From positions 143,000 through 206,999 of the forward strand of contig NMRA01000436.1 of NCBI GenBank assembly GCA_002633005.1: DNA of 64,000 bases, read 5' to 3'. The stretch's first letter is position 1. Each line of letters starts with the position of its first letter. The position numbers and the translations under genes are program-made. Source of the DNA: Phoronis australis (lineage: Eukaryota; Animalia; Phoronida). The notes below the pieces were generated by a model. That model worked only from the letters and a program-made list of their open reading frames with translations. It did not search any database and was not told the origin of the DNA. Below are positions 23,617 through 34,500 of this stretch, piece after piece.

Positions 23617-26600
23617 CTAAAGACAATCTGTCACTAGCCTTTGTATCACTCCACCACGTTTTGTCCTATATGTTCGAAACTGAAGCGCAGCATTGGACGA
23701 TGATGCTTTGTTCCCTGTCTCACAATATGAAGTTGTCGACCGCACATTCTGGTGGGAAATCGATCCGCCATAAAAGCAAGGCAGAACTTGAGGCTGGGAT
23801 TCCTTTTGATCTTTGAGCGAACTCGCTGGTCTAAATAACAAATCTTTGGCCGTATCGTCATTAGAAGTTTGCCAAGTTTGACAGTTGTCTAAAGAAAAAC
23901 TAGCCATGACGTCACTCTGCCTGTTGCAATTATTATTGTTGGAGGATCCATTATCCTGCACGGTACTGCTGACGGACATCAGGGGTTTTGCCACAGGGGA
24001 CGGGACCAGAACACAATTGGCGGTTACACGTCTCAGATTACGCTGAGTGTGAGGCGATCTCACATTTTTATGAGGATTTCCGCTTGTCCATCTACTGTTA
24101 GATATTGCGTTTGCGAGAGCGGCATGTCCTGGACTCGACTGACACAAACACGAGGGGGCAGTACTATGCGAAATGTAATGTTCTGTTGCAGTCGGTTTTT
24201 GTGCAGATTCAGTAGCAAGTTTATCAAATAGTTTTCGCAACTCTTTAATGTTAATGAGCTTTGTGTCCTTGCTTTCTGGGTCTAGAGAACCTATTTCACT
24301 CTTTGGTTCATTGTTTCGGTTTGCGAATATGCACGTAGAGACGTCGTTGATTTTAGTTTGATGTTTTATGTCTTGGAGTGGTTCTTTATCTAGTTTAATC
24401 TGCACGAGATTTGCTGGGTTCCGCCCGCTGTTTTCGTGAACCAACTTGGGGTGACGAACTTCTACTATGTTGTTGAACATCATCTTGTTGTTGGTCAAGT
24501 TAGTAGAGTTATGTAGAGGTGGTTGTTGGTAGTGCCTGTTCCACTGAGGGGGTCCAAACTGGTTTTGGGGACCCATGTAGTTCGGTGGAAGCATTCCTTG
24601 TCCTTCGTGCATCATCCCCGGATGTATGTACCGCGGTTGGGGAAAAGGATGCGGCTGCCTGTGTTGCTGTCCGGGCAATGGGTAAGGTGGTCTAAAGATA
24701 TTCATTGGCTGCGTCATGGAGACACTTCCATCGTTGGCTCTGTTGAAAGGTTGTTGCTGTGGCTGATGGTGTTGCCATCGGAACTGTCCGTTACTCATGC
24801 ACGGATTTGGTGGCAGAGGTTGCCTGTAACTAGGGATTTGTGGGTATCCCTGGTGGGGGTCTCGGAACATGGAGGGATGTTGATTTGTTTGTTGACTCGG
24901 ATGTGTGTTAACTTGCCACTGGTTGGAGACATATTGCGACTGGAACATGGGTGGTTGGGAAAAGTCGTGTGCACCATGAACTGGGTTCTGATTTTGACTT
25001 GGAGGACGTGCCCATGTGTTTGGAAATCCAGGAGGAGGAACTTGCAAAGACGGTTTGCTTGGTACTTGCTGATTGTGCATCTCCCGCATCTGCATCATCT
25101 GAAGATAACTTGGTGTGGTGGCACGCATGTTCATCATGGCAGCCGCGTTTGGAGGTTGCGGCTGAGGCGGTGGCGGTACCGTCCAAGCTGGGTTGTGCGT
25201 TCTTTCGCCTGCCTGTGACGTTGCCGAGGTACAATAATCGTCAGATCTGGCCATTTGCAAATGGAGGTCCATGTTTTGAAATGGACGTCGATCAGTGCCT
25301 TCCAACAAAATACCACATTCGTCCTTCTGTGTACTGTAGACATTGGTGTCTGACATTGACTTGCGACTTAAAGCACTCTCAAATTCTTCGTTGTACACAA
25401 GCCGTCGCCTAACTGTCTTTTCCCGCCGCTTGTCGTCAGTGTCACGTTTGCTCGAGTCGTCCACGTTTTCTTCACTTTTGGCCAAAAAAATCTGCATACT
25501 TCTATTATTCAATTGTTCACGGCATTGTTGCGGCTTGTGCTTCTGTATATATGCCTGTATCTCTGGTAGGATATCACGTTTTATTTGCTTGTCTTCCTGT
25601 TTCTCACCCTTAGCTTTTGCGTTTATGTTGACTGTTGCAAAGGTTTTATTACTCATGTCAATATGCAACTTGTTTGTCAAATTTTGGTGCTCCCAAGACG
25701 ATGACCTCTTTGGTTTGATCACCGTTCCAATGTCTCCTTTCCGGGTCTCACAAGTTGTGGCACTAATCTTTTCTTGCCTATCCTCAGATGGGAAAAGCCA
25801 CAGGTACAAAACTTGTTCACTGAACAATGCCTTGGTTGCTTTTTCATCACTTTCCTTGGGCACGTTACATGCCTTGAGCACGTCATCTATTCCCCTTGTT
25901 GGGAACAAGAATGTATGTTTTACGTTCCATGGACTCAGGCAATTCGAACTGTTCGATACCCCAGTCTTGGTATCAAGAGGATTTAAAGATCTTAAATACA
26001 ATCTGTACAACAAAGTATGTTCCTCCAACACTCGTGTTACATTGTCAATTCCAATGAAAACGTTTCTATCAGTAGTGGCTTTGTCAACATCAAATGACAG
26101 AGAAGGTGCGGAACACTGCAGCCCTTTAAACTTTAGTCTTGGATCGAATGTGTTGTTATAATATACAGCCCAGGGGTAAACATTTGGCCATTTATATCCG
26201 ACAGTTCGCTTTGCCTCTAAGTATAGATTTTTGATTTTATTGTCTTTTAAATGAAGGTGTTTGTGCGGAGTTAGATTGACAAACTTAGGATTACTTGCGA
26301 GGTCGTAAACAAAATCTTCGTCTTCATAGAGTTGCAAAGCCTGTCTTGATATCACCTTTTCAACCAATGGGTGGAGAAAGTACTCAAACGATTGACCTGC
26401 GTTTACTGGCTTTTGGTCACCGATGACCGCTGGGTGAACGTTGCGGTTCATGTTTTCAGATAGCAAATTTATACGTGGCATATCGTGCCCCACGTTCGCC
26501 AAAAGGTCTGCAGCTGATACCAGTTCAAGTCTACGTTTAATTGACTCCGTTTGGTGTTGAATTTTTTCACAAACATAGTCATACCTATCGGTCATATCAC

Positions 26601-26742
26601 TTTTCCAGTGTGAATTTGCGCATGTCTTCAAATATTCTTCAGCTGCAATATTAGAATAATCAACAGCTCGATGATCACTTTGTTCCGTGATATCCGACAA
26701 AAACGTTGTCAAACTTTCTTCATCTATGATCTCGTTTAACAT
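23617..26742 (-). CDS. Uncharacterised single-exon ~1041-aa protein with central P/Q/N/H/M-rich low-complexity region
   Basis: 3.1-kb uninterrupted ORF in AT-rich DNA; first ATG at 26742 (the track start at 26757 is TTG); protein-like composition; no RT, transposase or integrase motifs seen; family not recognised. Confidence 0.8.
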   Translation of the reverse strand: MLNEIIDEESLTTFLSDITEQSDHRAVDYSNIAAEEYLKTCANSHWKSDMTDRYDYVCEKIQHQTESIKRRLELVSAADLLANVGHDMPRINLLSENMNRNVHPAVIGDQKPVNAGQSFEYFLHPLVEKVISRQALQLYEDEDFVYDLASNPKFVNLTPHKHLHLKDNKIKNLYLEAKRTVGYKWPNVYPWAVYYNNTFDPRLKFKGLQCSAPSLSFDVDKATTDRNVFIGIDNVTRVLEEHTLLYRLYLRSLNPLDTKTGVSNSSNCLSPWNVKHTFLFPTRGIDDVLKACNVPKESDEKATKALFSEQVLYLWLFPSEDRQEKISATTCETRKGDIGTVIKPKRSSSWEHQNLTNKLHIDMSNKTFATVNINAKAKGEKQEDKQIKRDILPEIQAYIQKHKPQQCREQLNNRSMQIFLAKSEENVDDSSKRDTDDKRREKTVRRRLVYNEEFESALSRKSMSDTNVYSTQKDECGILLEGTDRRPFQNMDLHLQMARSDDYCTSATSQAGERTHNPAWTVPPPPQPQPPNAAAMMNMRATTPSYLQMMQMREMHNQQVPSKPSLQVPPPGFPNTWARPPSQNQNPVHGAHDFSQPPMFQSQYVSNQWQVNTHPSQQTNQHPSMFRDPHQGYPQIPSYRQPLPPNPCMSNGQFRWQHHQPQQQPFNRANDGSVSMTQPMNIFRPPYPLPGQQHRQPHPFPQPRYIHPGMMHEGQGMLPPNYMGPQNQFGPPQWNRHYQQPPLHNSTNLTNNKMMFNNIVEVRHPKLVHENSGRNPANLVQIKLDKEPLQDIKHQTKINDVSTCIFANRNNEPKSEIGSLDPESKDTKLINIKELRKLFDKLATESAQKPTATEHYISHSTAPSCLCQSSPGHAALANAISNSRWTSGNPHKNVRSPHTQRNLRRVTANCVLVPSPVAKPLMSVSSTVQDNGSSNNNNCNRQSDVMASFSLDNCQTWQTSNDDTAKDLLFRPASSLKDQKESQPQVLPCFYGGSISHQNVRSTTSYCETGNKASSSNAALQFRTYRTKRGGVIQRLVTDCL

Positions 26743-27009
26743 CTTAAAATCCCCCAACGGTAAGAAATATCAAATCGATTCATTTCAAATTTATTTCCTT
26801 AGAAAAACTGCGTATCAGCACAAGATTCGCAATACATGACATGCCTTCTGTGGTTGTGATTGTTCGTCAAAATCGTCCGCAGTTGACGTAATGATAATGT
26901 ACTCCCTGATGTCAAAATCATAAGGACGTTTGGAGGCAATAAGCATCAGAGAACTACTTATATGGATTGTCTTAAAGTCGACGCACCTTAGACAAGGTAC
27001 CAATTTCAT

Positions 27010-27140
27010 AATTTGAAATACGCGTATTTTTGAACATCAAACTGTTGCTGTATTTCATTATCCTTTGCCCCTCATTACTTTACTCCTACCCACATTCGTG
27101 GACCCTTTTTGGCGCGCAAGCATTTTCTCTACCAATCAGC
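27010..27140 (-). promoter_or_regulatory. Candidate cell-cycle/germline-type promoter of the 1041-aa gene (E2F, CCAAT and CHR-like sites)
   Basis: TTTTTGGCGCGCAA at 27106-27119, CCAATCAG at 27132, TTTGAA at 27012 and 27029, all within 400 bp upstream of the ATG. Confidence 0.4.
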
Positions 27141-28329
27141 CTAACGTGGTATAATGACATCACTGACTCAATGAAACTGAAAAAATATAGTGGAATAGCA
27201 ACTTGGAAGCCGGGGGACACCGTCCTGAGAACCGAAAGTGCGCACTTATGCAGGCAGTATCTTGTTATAATATTTTTAGATCAAAAGTCCTATCTGAAAA
27301 CATCACAATACTAGCCACCGATAAAACTCGCCGACTATAGATGAAATGCTGCGTGCTGGAAGGCTGCTGTAACGGTTTCGGCAATGCAGTGCAGGTTCAT
27401 GTCCTCGCAGTCTATTGCTAGTGACGTTGTTTTACCCAACAAAGGACTGGAGACAGAAAAACAGCAAGATTTGTGTCAAACTAGAAAAACGATTAATGGA
27501 GCGCAGTAAGATTGTTTGAAATAAAGTTTAGTGTGGGGTACGCTAGTGAGCCAGTGATTTTCACGACCACGGACACGGATTGTAAAATTCCCTCGATCCC
27601 GACATCCTACGACCCCCTCGAACCACGACCCACAACCCCCTCAACTCACAACCTGCCGCAATAGAGGTATCTGCGCTTTTTACAAAGTTCATAATCTTAT
27701 TTCATCGCTGAGTAACTTTCTCGTAAGACGTACGCGTATTTGGTATGGCTCAGGCGGTTAAAAACAAAAAGTGGCGTATGCACATGATCTGAAATGGCGG
27801 AATGTGAGTGTGCTATAGTTGTCACGGAAATAGGTCCACGAAACGCTACCAATGACCCTGTTCTACTAAACTTAGGGACAGAGGACGTTAACGTGGTCTC
27901 TATCGCTGCCTCGTTTTCAATATACTCCATGTAACTTTGAGATGCAACAGTTTGTTTTTTCAAACTGTATTTACTGAAGAGATTATACAGTGGGAGTACG
28001 TGTAATTGAAGTCCGGTTGAATTCACTTTCACTCTGTTTCAGCCTGACGCTAAGCCTTCCTTCTTGAAGCAAGTGTGCATGCACTGTTTACTCTTCATGC
28101 GCCCACGCTAATAGCTGTGTTGACAGAATTGTTACGCTCCTTAAGAATCTTGACCCAAAGAAGCCAATGAGGCGAGACGAAATTCATCCCGTATACTAAA
28201 GCCTTATGCGTCTGAGATCGCACTCTCCGTTACTCTACTGTACCCTGTGACTGGAGAACTATAATATCACACCAGTTTTTAAAAGAGGGAATTTACCAAA
28301 ACCATATCATTAACATTTATAAATTGTGA

Positions 28330-29700
28330 ATTGTTAGAGCACATTATTGCTTACGACATTTTAACCATCTCGATGACCTCAAAATGTTGTGACCCTACTA
28401 TTTGCGTTCTTGGACAATGTCAATCATCATGGTAACCAAAATGACGCCTTGCTGCTGTACTTTTTTGAGAATTTGACAAAATGAGCCATGCAGACTTAAC
28501 GAACCATGCAATATTCAATCCACAAATGTTACCGATGTGCTATCCTTTGCAAACTGAACCAGTGGATCGAGAACTCGTTGGGAGCTTCCGTTTTTTGTTA
28601 GAGGTGAGCAATCCAGCTAGCATTTAGTTCAATCGAGCGGTGCCCAAATGCTTGTCGTGGGGCCATGTATGTTCTTACCAAATATTGACAACTTCCCCAG
28701 TGAGTTGGTAGCTTGACTGCCGGTTGCGGATCAGTGTCGAGTGAGCTGAAGAGTAGTAGCCGTACCTTAGATTTGCCTAGCGCCCAACTTGCAGGTACTA
28801 CCACTGATCGACCTTTGACTCGTACCGTGCCGGAACACATGGTTTGGGACAGTCGCCCAGGCTGAACTATACGAAACTGGATTCTTCTCTTGAAAGATTT
28901 GAGGGGTTGAAACTCAGCGATGGGTACATTTTCAATAGTTGATGTCTTCCTGTTAGATTAACCAAGTTATACTGATTTTGGTAATCACTCTACTCGGAGG
29001 GGTATATATCAAAGTGAGATGACTAGTCAAACGAAAGCACTGTGACTGTGGACACTCCGTGCATATTAACCTGGGGTCAAATCCCTAGAATCAAGTATAG
29101 AGGAACATGGTTTACCTGGCTACGGACCTTTCTGGCATCACCCTGAATTACCTGAATTACCTTCTGCGACTGGGTTCACAAAAGATGTTGAGCACAAATC
29201 CTCTCCCCAAACTTACACCCACTGAGGACAAGCTGAAGGGTATTGGAGATGATGTTTCCCGTACTTAGCTGATTGTGAAGTCTTCTCAAAAGACCTTTCT
29301 GTTGACTGGAAGCTGACCGGCCCATGAGAACCTCTAGTCGCAGAAAGCGAAGGCTCTCGATAGGCAGTGGCGGTAAGCAACTTCTGCTGATGGCACTGGT
29401 TGTCAAGAGTCACGGGACCGTACAGTGTTTGAACAGAAATGGAAATGAGATACAAAGCCTTGCTCTGGAGAACCAATAATCATTCTGGGTAGGAGGTTTG
29501 GTGAGGTACCCACAGAAGCGGAAGCAGGAGATAGCTTTGAGGACGTTATCTGTGGATAGTAACGTGGAACCAATTACCAATCAGCAATGAAACTTTTTTG
29601 GGTTGACGACCAGGATCTCCAATGCTTAGTCAAGAGCCACCAACAGGTCCTCAGGTTTCTTTAGATGGAACATGCGCAGTGTAACAGGAGTTTGCAAGGT
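28330..29700 (-). mobile_element. Possible highly decayed DIRS/Ngaro (tyrosine-recombinase retroelement) relic
   Basis: Frameshifted fragments in the expected order: ..STDN.. and ..P..DN..SAISR.. (RNase H-like), then ..LGKSK.. and ..C..LVRTYMAPR.. (YR-like); weak. Confidence 0.35.
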
Positions 29701-31184
29701 CTCCACACTAGGAAAGATGTTCAAGCATTGAAATGATCTCTGGGATTTACAGAGGTAGAGAGGGCACCGCACGTCTAGCCCACGCTTGAGAGACCGGAAG
29801 GACAACCTCTTCAGCTGCGACGCAAAGTTGCTTTACATTTTTTCGCAAGCTAAGCTATCGTTGACACCAAATAGAAGTCCATCCAGAATTGCCACAGAAA
29901 AAAAAAAACAGAGAGTTGTAATACTTTTGCTTGCCTTCCCATATAACCGACTGCCTGAAGAAGCCATTCCTTGCCCGCAATAAATATATTATATTTGCTG
30001 TTGTTATACAGTGACATAAAACACAATGTTGAACGTGATCAGTTTACACGAGGAAAATATTTTAATAGCTGACATCTCATATACATGCTCACTGGTTCTC
30101 ATGGGAGCAGTTCACCTAAATATTAGAAGAGAATCTACACTTCGGCTGTTTCAGTATCACTACCATCGAGTGTTGAAAGATATATGTAAGATACTGGCTT
30201 GTGTAATACTTGCTATCGGTTTACTTGATCTTTCCGTTCATCTATCAGACACTGTTGTGAATGTGATCACAAAAGTTCATTTGGAGCAGTGACTATTATA
30301 CCTGACTAGAAACTTTACCCGAAAGTTAAGGATAAATGAAAATGAAACAATTGCGTGGCACACTTTTTGTGAATTTTCGAAATCTTAGGAGATGCTGCTG
30401 GTCATTTTTGACCCAAATTTTGATAAGAACTTGGTGGTCATGGATCTTGTTCGTTAGTCGTCACGTGGTTGAGAAAATGCACCTTTAAAACGAGTCAACA
30501 TCGTAACGGGTCATTACGTGTTTATTCAACAAAAACATGCAAACGCAAACTAGCTGAAATAAATACTTTATTACATCATCAGCAATGGGTTTATACACAT
30601 GTTTACACTCTCGACTTCTATGCTCATGGGCGCGCACCATAGGGAGCTACATGTAGGAGGCTGTGGCCCACCACTTTTTTCAGTGCTGCGCCGCTCACGA
30701 TGCTTTTATGATAAGAAGCATTTTTTTCTCAAAATATACCAAGACAGCATTTAAGGCCTTCGCCTGCAGCTAGTCTGAGATTATTAACTATCAATACCCA
30801 AGTGCTTAAGCAAATTTTAGATAGCACAAACCAAAAGTATTGACAAGGAATTCCCCTTCATGGCGTGCATGCAGGAACTGATTTCATCGTCAGTGTGGTC
30901 TTTCCTCTTGACCGAGAACGACTGAAAATCAACAGGACAGTTAATAATGTGATTAGACTTTTAGCGCCTTAATAGTTTTACCAATCATTTTTGTTGTTAA
31001 TGTAATTAGTCGTCATTACGGGGAAATGGTATACTTTGTCTGATTACTTTTGTCTTGTAAAGTTACTAGTACAGTACTCCTTTATTAATGTGATATAAGG
31101 ACGTCGAGTAATTTGAAGCGTTTTAATTTCAGGACGTTCAATATGATGCATGAAATACTCCACTGGTCTCCATTTCAAACAAAC

Positions 31185-31546
31185 TTATTGCAGAACGCAT
31201 GCTCTGGACTTTTGGGCTTGCTTTGCCTTCGCCACAAATCGTGTAACATGGACCGTTGTGCCGAGAACTTGACCGGGGGTAGCGCCGTTTTGCTTACTCC
31301 CCTTCTTGTGAATAGGAGTGTTCTGTGGCGACACCATCTGTCGACTGGGTAAAGATTGAACCATCTCGATTGCGCTCTCGTCTTGAGGGTCAGCAATAGT
31401 CAACATGGTAAGACTGCCATCAACGGCGCCCAAAAGAATGTGGGAGCCTCCCTGTGAACCAACTATGGCGTTGATCTCTGCGTGACATTTAAAGTGGGCA
31501 ATCATTTTCCCGTCGTGCACGCGAAAGATGCGTATCGTCCTGTGAC
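31185..31546 (-). CDS. NWD2: NWD-like terminal coding exon (GHRTIRIFRV...KSRACVLQ-stop)
   Basis: tctcag|GT acceptor, TAA stop at 31187-31185; minus-strand AATAAA at about 31081-31086. Confidence 0.9.
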
Positions 31547-34500
31547 CTGAGAACAGAATAGAAAGACGTTTGTAAAAATCTGGGCTGCAATGAAATACCA
31601 ATAAGGCTTAAGTTAGGGATTCGTTGAGATTTCAAATACGTTCATAACTACTCAAGAATGTAGACCAACGTAGTTCGTGACCACGTTTGGAAGGTGAGGT
31701 CCACTCTTCGACTATAACCACGGTCGGCGCAGCACAGGAATAAGTGAGAAGCTATAGCCCCCACCCCCTATAGTGCAACCGCCCTTGAATAACTGGTTCA
31801 ATATCTTGCTTGGGCAAATGAATGAACTCGCCTTTTATGTCATTGTATATTTACTCGACGGACACTTTTTGTGAAGACCAGTTTCTCAAACAAAACTTCC
31901 ACTGAACTTACCTGTGTGATAGTACAGAACGTATCTGTCATCCTTGGTAAAGAGCACTTGTACGGCAAAGACACCTTCGGCAATTTTTGGTATTAAGGTA
32001 TGAACGACTTTACCAGTTTTCAGTTCAAGCAACTCCATGCCGCCGCGCGAGGGGGCGTACAGGCCTAGTTTTCCATTCTGTGTACATTTGCCGTTCCACT
32101 TTTGAACTGTTCTCACCACTGACTTCTTTTTCACGTCGTAGATAGTTCCTTTATCAGGGTCTATAAGAGCAATTTGGTTCGGCTCGTGTGGCATAGCAAC
32201 GAGAGCTGTGAACTCCTGCCAGTTGGGATATTTAGGATTTACGTTGTACATATGCGTTCCTGTTTTAGCATGGTAAAGTCCGAGGTTTTCCGAATTCTTC
32301 CCAGCGCCAGGTAGTACGAGAAATAGTCCGTCAGCAGTTACCACACCTTTGCGAAATCGTTTGAAATTATATTCAAACTCATAGACAAGATCACCTGTCG
32401 GTATTGCACGGCATATAGCTTTCGCCTTATTGACGGCATGCTTTGAAATTGCTATAAACTTTGTGTCCTCTTCGTTCAGCATCAGTTGCTGGGTATCTTT
32501 ACAGGCATCGATGCGGAGCACTTTTCCAGCTAGAAAGAACGTGAATAGTGGCTAGAGGCGATAATGACATTGCGTGTAGAAGATTTGAAGATGTGGCGGT
32601 TTTAGTAATAATGTTCACAATGAGAAATCACTCTTATCCTACTTTCAACACAGTTCTGTTGGGGATGTGAGTGTGTTGGGAACATGGGTTCTTTTATCTA
32701 TCAACGAGGTGATGTAAGGTTTACATATCGGTGCTTAAAGCAGCGAAGCCGTAAACGCTTACCTGTTGTTAACTCATCACTGTCACACTTACGTACGTTT
32801 TGTATCTTCACCAACTTCCCAGATCAGGATATGACCGCTTTCCGCGCTAACCACATACTGGCCGCTGTTGATTATAGCTGCGTGAGTCACTATGGAACTG
32901 TGGGAACTATTCGATAGTTGTTTGAGCAGACGTCCCGTCTCCAAAGACCATACTCCTACACAGTTGCGAGTGGTGGTGATCCCAAGATACGCGTTTGACG
33001 CTAGCGATACGGAGTCGATAGGTTTCTCGTGGCGATCTATGGAATGTACCTGGAAGCAAAATGGAAAATTATCTTTTAGAAATGATTTATATATGAAAGA
33101 GAACGTGACGTGACGTGACGTAGGTCACACCGTCTAGTCCACTGGACAGTGGGCTTCTTGACATGCTCTACCAAAACATAGATCTATCAAACGCCGACGT
33201 TTTATCAAAGTTATGAGTTTGACACCACACGTGAGATTTGACAATGCATCGGCGGCGCAGCACTGAAAATAGTGGGGGCTGCCTGTGGTGCACCGCCTAC
33301 AGACCATGTGCGGCATAGCACTGAAAAAAGTAGGAGGGCTATAGCCCCCAGCCCCCTATGGTGCGTCACACATGCAATGATTCAAAACAAACTTGCTTTC
33401 TAAAGAGGCCTTTCTTCTGAAGCTATTTGTTTCTACGCCAGCGAGTCTTATTACCAGAGCGTATCTTTTTGCAAGAATGTAGCGAACGCCATCCATCCAA
33501 GTTTCGGCAACGCAATATCGCGGCTTGAACCAAATGTGTCGGTATGTACGGAGAGCAAATTCCATAATTTATGGTACATAACCGCAATTCTGAGCACATG
33601 GAAAGTAACGTATATTGATGGAATTCCTACACTATTCTCCATAATGTTAAACGGTAATTTTATATTGAACATTTGCGGAAAGGTAGGAAAAGAAAGCTGC
33701 CAAACGATGTTTGTTCAATCCTCGACACCTGTTCATAGATGTTGTCGAAATTCCAAACTTTTATGGTCTTGTCTATTGACGAAGATATGATTTTATTCAT
33801 GCCCTGTGTCGTCACCGATGTCATGGCGATAATTCGACCGAAGTGGGCGTCCAGTGTTTTCACGAGGTTGCCTGACTTTGAATCGTAAACGTACAGGTTC
33901 TTTCGTACACCTAAAATATTAAAACACTGTTAACCGTCATTTTTACATATTTAAATAATATTTCTTAACTGTTGCGTTGCTATATGACAGAGGTTACCAG
34001 GTATACAATTCGATGGTGGTTAACATTGCATTACTTTTTACCCAGACTGATAAAACACCTAGTTAAGTTTCTGTTGCTCTTTCATTTAAACATGTTGCTA
34101 CTTCGGCGGGTTATAGGCTAATGACAAAATGATAATGAATCGGGTTACAAAGTTACATGCAACACTTATCAACTCCATACCGACCGAAATACAACCATAG
34201 AAAACATGAAGTACTAACTTAATTCCACGACTCGAATTTTTGACCACCGCAAAATTAAGTGGAAACATTCAGCGTCTAGTGTGAAACGAGACGTCCCAAC
34301 ATGATAGTCATATTACCTAAAAAGCGCACAGATATACCTTTAATTTATAAACAAAAGAAACATAGCTTTCAGGCTACTTGGACTTCAACGAACAATGTTG
34401 CAACACTGTCGAAAGAATACAAGAGTGAGATTTGAATAAAATAAAAGTCGCATCATTGCGTCAGTTGATAGTTATTTCCTTCACTAAAACAACTCACCGG

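Noticed and set aside
24523-26161. Long plus-strand ORFs (231, 153 and 272 aa)
   Set aside because: Antisense shadows of the 1041-aa coding sequence; no independent protein-like features
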